NCBI RefSeq assembly: GCF_006345805.1
Contig: NW_021834204.1
Location: forward strand, 1 to 64,000
Source of the DNA: Octopus sinensis
Lineage: Eukaryota
Reading direction: 5' to 3'
Length of the DNA: 64,000 nt
Part shown: positions 50,994 through 62,990 of the stretch, one piece after another
Layout: every line of letters begins with the position of its first letter
Position numbering within the stretch: position 1 is the first letter of the stretch
Program-made: the position numbers and the translations under genes
The notes under the pieces: model-generated
Seen by the model: only the letters and a program-made list of their open reading frames with translations
Told to the model about the DNA's origin: nothing
The model's database searches: none

Positions 50994-51969
50994 ATCTGTG
51001 TAGATATTAAAATATGTTTCTGAAAACACTACCTTGTAATATTTGTTCCAGCTGTCTATGTTATGAGCTCCAGTTCTACCAAAGGCAGCATAAAACAGTT
51101 GTTATCCATCTGTCTCTTAAGACAGTACTGAATGAAACTTCTGAGATATCTATGTCTCTTATATTCTGATTGCAATATAACTAACTGACGATTTCACATA
51201 GTTCAGTGCATTTTCTTTTACTATGCACAAAGACATATCATGCAATAAAAGAATTTTAATTAATTCGATCTTAATATAATACGATCGGCACAAAAGTAGC
51301 TGAATAGTGCATAAAATGATCTGCCTAGTTCAGTATTCAAATTTATTTTCGTACATTCTCAATATAGATGTTGCTTTTCTTTTTAAACTTTAGTCATTAG
51401 GACGTAGGGCAAAATGCTTTGCGCTAATTGTTTCAGTTCTCTGTGTTCTAAGTTGAAATCTCTACGAGGTCATTTTCGCTATTCATTCTTTCGGGGTTGA
51501 GGAAATAAAGCACCAAGGTGCCTTGTGGTATTTATACCTGCTCTTTCTGTTTTTATGTTTTGGGTGGTAGACTTTTGACATTTTGATTGGTAGGGGTTGA
51601 AATTCCCTTTTTGTATCTTCCCTACTTGAATCTTGCAAGCATTCAGACCAGGTTTTCTGTTTGAGGATAGATTTTATCCCTTCCTTCTTTCCTTCCTTCC
51701 TTCCTTCCTTCCTTCCTTCCTTCCTTCCTTCCATTTGTATCTGAGGTACTTTGATAGAATTGTTAGGGCGCTCTTTGAGTTCTGAGTTCTTAGGAAGTTG
51801 ACTTTATCCTTTCAAGCACTGCTGTAAATAGCGCAATTGAGCTAGAACGTTAAAACTTAGTGCGCATGCACAGCAGAGTTCAAGGTCAGTCTGTTCCAAG
51901 CGGCTTATTCTGCGTACTTGGCTTCGTTACTAGGGCAACAATCCGGGTACTGAGTGATCAGACCACCTA

Positions 51970-52182
51970 TATGTATATATATTTATGTGTGTCTGTGAAT
52001 GTGTGTGTGTGTGTGTGTGTGTTTGCCCCCCCCCCCCCCTTGACAGCCGATGTTGTGTGTTTGCGTTCCCATAACTTACAGGTTCGACAAAGGTGTCGAT
52101 TTCTTCAACTAAAAATCCTTTAAAAGTGGTGCTCCAGCATGGCCGCAGTCAAATGACTGGAATAAGTAAAGGAATAAAGGAA
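51970..52182 (+). mobile_element. Degenerate SINE family B 3' part
   Basis: GGTGCTCCAGCATGGCCGCAGTCAAATGACTG and the repeated tail. Confidence 0.75.
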
Positions 52183-52289
52183 TTAAACAAATATCAAACA
52201 TGATAAACATATATAAAAATGTTTTTTTAAGAAAATTGCCCGATTTTACTGAAATAGATATTCAATTCTGGGACACACTGTAGAATGGA

Positions 52290-52548
52290 TCTCAGTCGTT
52301 TGACTATGAGGATTTCATTGCCTGATCAACTAAATTTCCGACACTGGTAAGTGGCTGAGCATTCCATAGACAAGAGTACCTTTATGCACAATCAACGTGT
52401 TAGGGGTGTAATAAGGCTGTAGGTTTCTGAATTATGAAAAAAAAAAATCATCTTTACTCAGGGACACAATGCGCTGTTCGGTCCAGGAATCGAACCCATG
52501 ACTTCATGATCATGAGTCCAAGACCATAACAACTAGGCTAAGCACCCA
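52290..52548 (-). mobile_element. Degenerate tRNA-derived SINE (family C/D-related)
   Basis: Plus strand CAGGAATCGAACCC (B-box) and AAGTGGCTGAGCATTCCATAGAC (family D tail). Confidence 0.6.
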
Positions 52549-52808
52549 GTGATGCCATGCAAGGTAACCCCCACCCCTCCTGAAATACTCTCACCGCAAA
52601 TCAGTGGCAGTAGATAACAGGTATAAGAAATATAGCAATACTAACTTGTACACACACATACACACACACATATATATACATACATCCATATACGTACATA
52701 CATACACACACATATGTACGTATATATTTGTTGTGTTAAATGATGAGGTCAACAGGAGTCAGCGATATCAAATAGATATATCTGTCACCAGTCCACTCAA
52801 ACAAAGAG

Positions 52809-52876
<68 letters not shown>

Positions 52877-53119
52877 ACACAGACACACACATTCAGGCAG
52901 GCACAAACATTGATTTACATACATTTACGTACATATTTACATAATGTTATTTTCTGAGGAAAACAAAAGTTTTACTGAACGTAATCTGAGACTAAATAGA
53001 CATTATCATTGCTGACTGAAAGATCCACTTAGAGAAAGATGATGGCCCAGTGTGGCATCGGCGTCGGCGTAGCGTTGCAGCCAAATGTCTTTCTATTGGT
53101 ATTGTTGTCAGTTACTAAA

Positions 53120-53845
53120 GGTGGCGAGCTGGCAGAAACGTTAGCACGCCGGGCGAAATGCGTAGCCGTACTTCGTCTGCATTTACGTTCTGAGTTCAAA
53201 TTCCGCCGAGGTCGACTTTGCATTTCATCCTTTCGGGGTCGATTAAATAAGTACCAGTTACACTGGGGTCGACGTAATCGACTTAATCCATTTGTCTGTC
53301 CTTGTTTTTCCTCTTTGTGTTTAGCCCCTTGTGGGTAGTAAAGAAATAGGTATTTCGTCTGTCGCAACGTTCTGAGTTCAAATTCCGCCTAGGTCGATAT
53401 TGCCATTCGTTTTTCGGGGTTGATAAATCAAGTACCAGTTGAATACTGGGGTCGATGTGATCGACTCTTCCCCTCCCACAAAATCAGGACTTTTCCCTAT
53501 AGTAGAAAGGATTATTGTCAGTTGCTAAAAGCGGCACGCTGGCAGAATCGTCAGCATGCCGGGCAAAATGCTTAGCGGTATTTCGTCTGTCTTCGTGTTC
53601 TAAGTTCAAATTCTGCCGAGGTCGATTCTGCGCTTTATTCTTTCGGAGTTGATAAAATAAATACCAGTTTAATACTGGGGTCGATGTAATCGACTATCCT
53701 CCCTAAATTTCAGGCCCTGTGTCTATAATAGAAAGGATTACTGGCAGTTGTTGAAAGCGGTGAGCTGATAGAACTGTTAGAACGCCAGGCAAAATGCTTA
53801 GCAACTTTTAGTCTGTCTTAACGTTTTGAGTTCAAATTCTGAGTT
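53120..53845 (+). mobile_element. Stack of SINE family A copies (dimer, monomer and truncated copy)
   Basis: Four cores or heads; a 19-bp motif ATT(G/A)(T/C)TG(T/G)CAGTT(A/G)(C/T)T(A/G)AA at 53101, 53511 and 53737 precedes each head. Confidence 0.85.
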
Positions 53846-54249
53846 GTTCAGGTATTTTGTGCCTTTGCTTAGTTGAAGACCACAATACTTTCCAACGAGA
53901 CACGGAAATCTATCGTCTTGCGGCATTCTGGATATACATTCTCTCCACTGATTAATCTATTTCTTGACTTCCGTTTTTCTTTAGGCGTTCTGATCTTGAT
54001 AATCACATGTTTTAGTTTGTATATCAGGGTCTATATTTTCCATGCCTGCACCCATATATATGGGCATACATATGTACATACATGCATATATGTGCATGCA
54101 TGCATACATACAAAAATGACTACTCAGTTGATGTCATCGAAATTCCAAGGAAAGAGTCATACTGTGAACTTGGATCTAGTTCTTCATTAATTAAGGTATT
54201 GAGGTGTAATTTGAGAGAGATTACGTTACCTACTTCTTGTTAGTCGCTC

Positions 54250-54937
54250 CTCGATGGCTCCTGCAGATTCTGGCAATGGTTATAGCAGGGATGCATTCAG
54301 AGCGCGATTGTCGCTCTTTCTCTACGCTTAACATTGTTGTTGCGCAACCTTATGAGGCTTAATAAAGCAATTGAAACTGCCCCTATTTCTCCTTCTTCCT
54401 CTGTGTATGTATGCGTGCATTCATGTGTGTGTGTGAGTACGCACGCGTTTGATGTTTGTTCTAGGTGATCGGGATATTTTGGGATGCTGTTGTAATAGAA
54501 TTAGGTATTGTAGATACGTCCGGTTGAATGAAAGGGGTTTTTCGTGTAGGGACTCGGAAAGGTATAATTTGCTGTAACAATAAACTGTGCTTCCCGCATG
54601 TTCACGGAGGTCTTTACTTTATAGTATTTATGTTTCGTTTTATGCGTCAGGGAAAATGGCATAACACAACGGTGAATCTAACGTACTGTTTGTACTCTGT
54701 TGTTGCTTCGTCTGTGGACCAAATGTGGTATCTGTGTGTACTCTCTCTCTCTTTTACTCTCTTACTTGTTTCAGTCATTTGACTGCGGGCAAATCGACCC
54801 CGGGACTCATTCTTTGTAAGCCCAGTACTTATTCTATCGGTCTCTTTTGCCGAACCGCTAAGTGACGGGGACGTAAACACACCAGCACCGGTTGTCAAGC
54901 ACAGACACACAAACACAGGGACAAACACAGACACACA

Positions 54938-54987
<50 letters not shown>

Positions 54988-55720
54988 GACACACATATAC
55001 ATATATACGACAGGCTTCTTTCAGTTTCCGTCTACCAAATCCACTCACAAAGCTTTGGTCGGTCCGAGGCTATAGTAGAAGACACTTGCCCTAGATGCCA
55101 CGCAGTGGGACTGAACCCGGAACCATGTGGTTGGTTAGCAAGCTACTTACCACACAGCCACTCTTGCGCCACTCTCAGTATATTTCTTCGTCGTTTCACT
55201 TGCTTTACCATTTCTTTTAATGTGGATGTTGTGGAATAATTCTAGAAACTTCTAGTATTTTCTATCTTCTATGGCTCTATGGTATGTTTTATGTTAAGTG
55301 TGGAGATTGGCTGTATTTAATGTTCTGTAGTGTTGCTAGTATGTTTGATTTGTTAAATGCTACTTCAAGCCTGTTATCGGGTGTCCAGGTTTTCAGGTGA
55401 TTAACGCAGGTTTGGAGTAGATATGATTTCAGCTGCATAAGTAACATAGCTATATGAATATTTTGAAGAGGTATGGGAATTCTTACAGGTAGGTAAATGT
55501 TGAAAAGAAACAAAGGTGAGATTACTTTGAGGTTTGCAATTCGGGAAATAACATATTTTGGAAATATTGTTTTAGGTTTACATAGGCTAGGATACCTCAC
55601 AGGTAATTTTTTAGCCAATATTTTGTTATATTTCTTAAATTGTCGATTGTTTTGTATATAGTTGATAGCGGTGTATGTAGTCGTAGGCTTTTCTGATGTA
55701 GTTAGAGGTTAGTATGTGCG
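54250..55720 (-). mobile_element. Degenerate I/Jockey-group LINE RT remnant interrupted by a SINE
   Basis: ORF 55289-55618 has KVISPLFLFNIYL..NIHIA..W..NRLEVAFNKS (like QGSVLSP.LFNIY..W..NRL). Beyond the SINE the minus strand reads TEYKQYVRF (like TYKQYVRSVL). Confidence 0.55.
54739..55170 (-). mobile_element. Near full-length SINE family B
   Basis: Head, internal (CA)n and tail match family B; short internal deletion near the tail. Confidence 0.92.
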
Positions 55721-55775
55721 TTTGAGATTTGGTTGATGTTTAAACCATAACCTATTCCCACCCTCACACACGATA

Positions 55776-56165
55776 GGCGCAGGAGTGGCTGTGTGGTAAG
55801 TAGCTTGCTAACCAACCACATGGTTCCGGGTTCAATCCCACTGCGTGGCACCTTGGGCAAGTGTCTTCTGCTATAGCCCCGAGCCGACCAATGCCTTGTG
55901 AGTGGATTTGGTAGACGGAAACTGAAAGAAGCCTGTCGTATATATGTATATATATATGTATGTGTTTGTCTCCCTAGCATTGCTTCACAACCGATGCTGG
56001 TGTGTTTACGTCCCCGTCACTTAGCGTTTCGGCAAAAGAGACCGATAGAATAAGTACTGGGCTTGCAAAAGAATAAGTCCCGGGGTCGAGTTGCTCGACT
56101 AAAAGGCGGTGCTCCAGCATGGCCGCAGTCAAATGACTGAAACAAGTAAAAGAGAGTAAAGAGAG
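55776..56165 (+). mobile_element. Full-length SINE family B
   Basis: Highly similar to 19713-20130. Confidence 0.93.
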
Positions 56166-56409
56166 CTATTCCCCAGCATTACTTCAAGTCAGGCAAAAAA
56201 TAATAATGTCCAGTAGCACTGTCACCTTGCTGAATTTTACGTCTCTGAAACGATTATACAGCTCACTCTGTGTACTTATTAACAGTAAGAGGAACTGTAA
56301 AAATGAAGTAATGAAATGTATTGTGAAAATATGAAATAGATACCGATGCATTAAAGTTGTTTGTTTTTTATTCGCTCACTTTTCCTGACGATCAGCCCAG
56401 AAAATATTC

Positions 56410-56810
56410 CAGTTACCAGTAATTTCTAATTCTATACAAAGATCAAGTTAGATTTGCAATGCAATACTGCTACGACACACAGAGACAGATTAGATCGCAT
56501 TCTTAAAAATTCTGTCAGACTCTACTGACATGAAATCACTCATCAACACAGCTCAAATACTAGACCAAAGATGTATTGTCTCCTCCTGTCTTTTCTACTG
56601 TTACTATAATGGTCTCTGCTCCCCGGAACTTGCTGGTTTCGTACCACATCCATTAAAGCCATTCCAACTCACACATGACTTCTCTTATCATTCATATTAT
56701 GTGCACACTCCTAGTTGTAACTTCCCAGACATTAGACTCCTGAAATTTCCTCACTACCCATTTTCTTTTTTTCCACAACTGTTTAAGGAAAAACATTAAC
56801 AGCGTCGATC
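56410..56810 (+). mobile_element. CR1-like LINE 3' remnant
   Basis: YKDQVRFAMQYC..RLDRI.. then LDQRCIVSSCLFYCYYNGLCSPELAGFVP..FKEK, like the CR1-group C-terminus L.HRR.V..L.LFYRYY.G.CS.EL. Confidence 0.6.
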
Positions 56811-57222
56811 TCTTTCAGAGGACACAGACTATTTCTCCAGAGAAAATCATTAATCCAAGCCCTTCTACTTATAAAACCTAGATGAGTCCCGACTCCCGTT
56901 TCTAATCTTTTCCTGAAACTACTGTTTGCAGATTAAACTACAATCTATAATCGACTGGTTAAAATTCAGTCAAACAGTTGATGAAATAATCACAATACGT
57001 GAGTTAAATCTAAATATATTTGCAACCTAAATATATTTCGGGCAGCCTTCAATTCTTTCCATCCAAGGATATTATTAATCCAATATTCGTTATGCTCTTA
57101 TTTCTAGCCTTATCTACTTCGAATTTCACCGTGAAAAATGATTTATTTGATATCTTCTGAAGGTGTAAACAATGCATTTCTCATTGGCAAGAACAAAGCT
57201 TCTAAAGATGGAGAAAATTCGA

Positions 57223-57294
57223 AATGTTACTGTGCATAATGGTAGCACGTCTGTCATGTACACAAAAGATGTGGGTTCGTGTCCCACGGGCACC
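57223..57294 (+). pseudogene. tRNA-like cloverleaf relic (anticodon position TGT, Thr-like)
   Basis: D-arm GTGC-ATAATGGTA-GCAC; anticodon arm TCTGT-CATGTAC-ACAAA (one mismatch); T-arm GTGGG-TTCGTGT-CCCAC. The acceptor stem is broken and U33 is absent. Confidence 0.5.
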
Positions 57295-57339
57295 CTTCGA
57301 CTTTTTCCATCAAAGGTATTTTTAAAACAATATTCTATA

Positions 57340-57795
57340 TTAGACGTAAGCACATTTCAAATTTCATCCCATTCCAGCCCTAATCATACTCAAAATCTAA
57401 ATACATTTCAGATCTAAGCATATTCTCAATCAAGACATATTATAAATCTATGTACATCCTAAATCTAAACTTATTCAAATTTAAACATTCTCTAGTTCTA
57501 AATACACTCCAAATCTAAACACATTCTGAATGTAACTATATTCCAAATCTCAACACATTTCTAATCTAAACATATTGAAATCTAAACACATTTCAAATTT
57601 AAACGCATTCCAACTCTAAGCATATTTAAAATCTAATCATGTTTCGAATCTAAACGTATTTCGAATTTAAACATATTTCAGAACTATACACATTTCAAAT
57701 TCATACAAATTTTAGTTCTAAATACTTTTCAAACGTAAGCACATTCCAAACCTAAACACATTTCTAATTTAAACATATTTCAAATTTAAACGTTA
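57340..57795. repeat. Degenerate 17-bp minisatellite (consensus about AAATCTAAACACATTTC)
   Basis: Roughly 25 diverged units, read by eye. Confidence 0.85.
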
Positions 57796-58329
57796 TTTCA
57801 TTTCCTGAGAAAAATTTCTCAAGAACCAGACCCTCAGTTTCAAAGCCCCTTCATCACGAGACAACGAGGGTACCTATAAATAATCACTCTTTCTCTTAAA
57901 AATAGCAGTTAACTTCCCCTTAAACTGCAACTCAACATCTTAAAAAACAGAAGGAGATTTCGGTTAGTGTAGTACTAAATAGATTGTTTGAAATTATAAG
58001 GAGTTGAAATGGCCGAAATGTGCTAGATCATATGGGACCTAAACAGTCCTGGAGTTAAACAACAACAATAATATTGAGTTTATACACACCCAGTTCTTCC
58101 TTCTTTTTTTCTGATATTAGCATCAATCCATCCTATTTTACAGTGATACATTGTGTATGTCTGTTCGATAGAAATTCCGTTCTCCCTGTCTTTATGCATG
58201 TATTTATGTCTGGCTTTCGGTTAGATTAGGTGTCGGCGATGATACATTTGCAAACCTGTTTATCAACGACCCGAAGTTAATCAGGGATATTTAGTGATAC
58301 AAATAACAATATACTGACAGATTTTTAAG

Positions 58330-58339
58330 ATACACACAA

Positions 58340-58370
<31 letters not shown>

Positions 58371-58376
58371 CATACA

Positions 58377-58411
<35 letters not shown>

Positions 58412-58606
58412 GCATATATATATGCATAAACATATATACAAATATATATACACAGACATATATATATATACATATATACAAATATATATACATAAATACA
58501 ATACACACACACACACATATATATATAAATACATGCATACACTATGTATACATATATACATATTCATACAATATATATACACACACACACATATATATAT
58601 ATAGGT

Positions 58607-58654
<48 letters not shown>

Positions 58655-58910
58655 TATACATATATATATATATACATATATATGTGTGGGTGTTTGTGTG
58701 TGTGTTGTATTTGCATATATATGTTTGTATTATAATATATAATATATATATATATATATATATCTATATATATATATATATATACATAATATATATACAT
58801 ATATATATATATATATACATACGTATATATACATACAAATATATATATATATGCTTGTATGGATATATGTATAATATGTGAGTGTGTATGTGCGTGTGCA
58901 TGTGTGTGTA
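58330..58910. repeat. (CA)n/(TACA)n/(TA)n microsatellite block
   Basis: Directly visible. Confidence 0.92.
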
Positions 58911-59309
58911 CATATTTTCTATTGTTACCATCTTAGTTTTTGAGTTTCTTACCAACGGAAAGAGATTTAGTTCCTAGTTTAGAGACAAGGCTCTTTCATG
59001 GGAATTTCGACAACATCAACACATGCATGTATATATGCACACATATGCATGTGTGTCCATATGTATATTCATACATATGAGTACAGACATGAATGTCATT
59101 TTATATTTCAGATTACTCATGAGTTTCGGCTGTGATATTTTCATTTGAAATTCAGCCTTGAAATTTTGTTAGCATCGGATGAAAAGTAATTTCAACTTTA
59201 TGTCCATAATTTTTCTCTGTCTCAAGATCATTATGTCTGCTCTGTTTAGCTTGCATTTTATTGAAGATTTGACAGGAACATTCCAGACATTATTTTTTCA
59301 TATGCGACA

Positions 59310-60614
59310 TTATTTCCTCTATATCACTGTAGCTTCTTATATTGCGCTGAAAAAACACTTTCTGAAACTTCGATCTGACCCCAACCTGACATCCCCCCAC
59401 ACTGCTTCGTCTGGTCGAACTTGTTTTCTTCCTCAACTGCTTCTCGTTCGTGGGAGAGTTTTTCCAATAAGTCTCGGGAGTGACCACGGAAACGAGAATA
59501 GGACCCCAACTATGCGAACATGTTTGTTGACTACGTTGAGGCCCAAATATTCTCACAATTCATTAGTCCCACTCCCGAACTATACAGTCATTATATTGAT
59601 GAATATATCGACGCGACCTCACTTTCCTGCGAGCAACTAGAATCCTTAATCCCTTTAATCTAATCCTTCTATCCTACCCTCTAATTCTCCTGCACTATCT
59701 CTAACTCTTCCGTCAAATTTCTCGACATTTCTATCAGAATACACCACTCCGCTTTCACTAACTCCATCCACTACAAACACACTGACTAACACTCCTGCCT
59801 TAACTGTTCTTCCTCCCACTCTACCCACACCAAGCTCTCCGTCCCCTACTCACAATTCCCTCGTCTGCGCAGGTTCTGCGGTGAAAACCATGACTTTGAG
59901 GGTCACTCTCAACTCATGGCTCGCCACTTCCTCCTTCATGGATATCCTCTCAACACTATCCACACTGCCCTTGCCAGGGCACGATCTGTGGACCGAGCCT
60001 CTGCTCTTTCTCCTCGCACCCGCCCCGCCGTTGCTCGCCTAACCTACCACCCCTCCAACCTGCCCATTCCAACGCACCATGCTCCGAGCCTTCCGGCGAC
60101 TCCTGCCCGAACACTCCACCTTGCACATCTTCCCTCCTTCAAATGAGCTCATAACCTGCGTGACCTCCTGGTCTACAGTTTCTTCTCTAACCCCATCTCC
60201 CAGCCTGGCTCGTTCTCTTGTCTCCGCCCACGCTGTCGCACCTGCCACTACCTCTCCAACACTACCATCCTCACAGGCATCCACTATCGTCCCTATTTGA
60301 TCACCGACTCATCTACCTGTACTTCTAGTAGCGTCATTTACTGCACCTCTTTCTCTCTCTGCCCTTCCTTTTACACCGGTCAAGCGGCGTCTCGCTTGAC
60401 TGACCGGTTCGCTGAGCACTTCCGAGACATCAGACTTGGTAATAACACCCCGGTCTCCCGCCGTTTCTGCTCTACCGTTCATTCGCTACAACATGTTTCT
60501 GTGTCTGTGCACAGGGGCCATCCGTACTCCCGCCTTCGCCTTGAACAAGCATTAATCTTCTCTCTTCGCTCCTTTGAGCCAATTGGACTCAACACACCTC
60601 CTCTCTTCATCTGA
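59310..60614 (+). mobile_element. Penelope-like element (Neptune-type) RT + GIY-YIG endonuclease, disrupted
   Basis: PNYANMFV, YSHYIDE, VKFLDI, HYKHTD*H, PYSQFPRLRRFC, FLLHGYP (PLE RT and thumb); linker CLRPRCRTC; VIYC..CPSFYTGQ..RLTDRFAEH..EQALI..GLN (GIY-YIG). Several stops and frameshifts. Confidence 0.92.
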
Positions 60615-61179
60615 AACCGACCTCACCTCTTCTCTTCATTTGATACCAACCCGACACCACTACACACACACTAGCACTGACTACTTTTCAGCACCCACAC
60701 CACACACAGTCATCCAAACACTCACACACAATCTTCAATAGCGTCACCATACATACCACAAGCACTGTTTAACTCAATACACACACCACAGAGCAACTAT
60801 CACACTCCCACACCCACACAATCACATAATACCTGAACACAGACAATATATATTCCCCCATAATCACATAATACCTCGACAAAGGTTATATATACATACA
60901 CACGCAACACGCATTAACACACGCAGCATACATAGACAAAGATAACTTCGCCTACATATATACACCATCCACATGCACACTATTTGGTCACAGACACACA
61001 TACACCTGTGCACACACCACGTAAAAAATTACGCAACTACTACACAATACACACACACACGTCAGAGTCACTCGCCCATATTCACACATACACACCCACG
61101 CTCACACACACCATTCTCGCACACACACTCACACACGCGCACCTTCACTATCACTTTATCATCTCCCTTTCAATCAACC

Positions 61180-61223
<44 letters not shown>

Positions 61224-61284
61224 TATTATTATTATTATTATTATTATCTCCCTTTCTTTTTCCACCTCTTTTTTCCATTCATTC

Positions 61285-61460
61285 GTCGTGGTGGACCGCT
61301 AAAATTTACAAGTTATTTTTTTTTCATTCGTTCTCTGTTTAATTTCTCTTATTCCTTTCTGTTGAAATCTGGTCTATTAAAGACTTTCCCGCGCGTCAAA
61401 CTATTACACCTGCTTGTTGTTCATACACATTTCTTCGTCTTTTGTTTTTCTATAAATTTT
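61285..61460 (+). mobile_element. Degenerate PLE terminal repeat
   Basis: CCTTTCTGTTGAA..AAAGACTTT..GCGTCAAACTATTACACCTGCTTGTT is homologous to the reverse complement of 12845-13008; the hammerhead stem II/GAAA segment is lost. Confidence 0.6.
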
Positions 61461-61483
61461 AACTATATATATATATATATATA

Positions 61484-61642
61484 TATCACGGGTTTCTTTC
61501 AGTTTCTGTCTACCAAATCCACTCACAAGGCTTTGGTCGGCCCGAGGCTTTAGTAGAAGACATTTGACCGAGGTGCCACACAGTAGGACTGAACCTGGAA
61601 CCATGTGGTTGGGAAGCAAGCTTCTTGCCACACAGCCACGCC
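61484..61642 (-). mobile_element. SINE family B 5' half
   Basis: TTCTTTCAGTTTCTGTCTACCAAATCC..GGAACCATGTGGTT..CCACACAGCCAC. Confidence 0.85.
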
Positions 61643-61675
61643 TTACCTACGTACATACATACATACATACATACA

Positions 61676-61711
<36 letters not shown>

Positions 61712-61751
61712 TATATGTATATATGTATATGTATATATGCATATATGTATA

Positions 61752-62151
61752 TCTTTATATATAAAAGTGAAGTTGTGTGCTGTCTGTCTCCTACGATTTA
61801 GATTCCTAACTACTCCCACATTTTGCGGTGCAGTTTAACCAAAACCGGGTATCTTATAGTCGTGATTCATATCGAGCCCTTCTGGGTATTAGCGCGCGTC
61901 TACGATGAGTCTACGATTTTAAAAATAATTTACCATCATGTTTTTCCATTTTAATGCATTTTTTCGCTATTATATAAGGGAAGTAACTCTCTAAAAATGT
62001 CTACGATGAGTCAACGATTTAAAAAAAATTTACCATCATTTTTTTTCCATTTCTAATGCATTTTTTTGTTATTTTTTGGCTATAACTCTCTAAAAATGCG
62101 TATATAGTTATTTCCCTTACAAACCCGAGCAACGCCGGGCGATACTGCTAG
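61752..62151 (+). mobile_element. Non-autonomous Helitron
   Basis: A|TC start, CTAG|T end, and the same subterminal hairpin as 8227-8739. Contains an internal tandem duplication. Confidence 0.9.
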
Positions 62152-62160
62152 TTTATATAT

Positions 62161-62394
62161 AAATTATAATTAAGAGTATCTAAAAGATACCACCTCGCTG
62201 GAGATAGCATTCAAAACTTGACTCTAAAACCACATCAAGTATTCATACAGCACCAGGAGAAAAGACAAAGAGACAAATAAACTAGCAAAACTTATTGGAT
62301 ATTTTTTGCTAGTTTATTTGTCTATTTGTCTTTTCTCCTGGTGCTGTATGAATACTTGATGTGGTGTCTTTTAGATCTCCTTAATTATAATTTT
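62161..62394. repeat. Long inverted repeat / foldback element
   Basis: 62-bp arms at 62229-62290 and 62304-62365 (one mismatch, 13-nt loop), plus an outer imperfect arm pair at 62161-62193 / 62363-62394. Confidence 0.9.
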
Positions 62395-62449
62395 AATAAT
62401 AATTACCTATAAGGTAATTGATATGATCGATATTTTAAATAACGATCTT

Positions 62450-62494
62450 ATCGTCACACACACACACACACACATATATATAGCATATATATAT

Positions 62495-62554
<60 letters not shown>

Positions 62555-62657
62555 GCTATATATATATGCATATATATATATATGTATACATTCACACATA
62601 TATATAATATATATACATTTATACATACATACATACATACATACGTACATACATACG

Positions 62658-62698
<41 letters not shown>

Positions 62699-62990
62699 TA
62701 TATATAAATTATAAATTATATATATATATATATAGATGTACGTGTACATATGCTTATGTATATATACAGAGTAAAAGAGAGTGAAAGAGTAAAAGGGAGA
62801 GAGAAAGAGAGAGACAGAGAAAGAGAGAGAGACAGGTAGGTGGACAGAGATATAGAAAAAATGAGTGAAGTGGATACAAAGGTAGCAAATTAAAAGCAAG
62901 AGAAAGGGAGAGAGAGAGAGAGTGAAAGAGAGAGAGATAGAGAGAGAGTGAGAGAGAGAGAGAGAGAGGGGGGGGAGAGAGAGAAATGAC
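62450..62990. repeat. (CA)n/(TA)n/(TACA)n/(GA)n microsatellites
   Basis: Directly visible. Confidence 0.92.

Noticed and set aside
53101-53845. Repeat-spacer pattern suggestive of a CRISPR array (also 27.9-29.0 kb and 44.1-44.6 kb)
   Set aside because: The intervening sequences are homologous SINE or LINE copies rather than unique spacers, the DNA is eukaryotic, and there are no cas genes.
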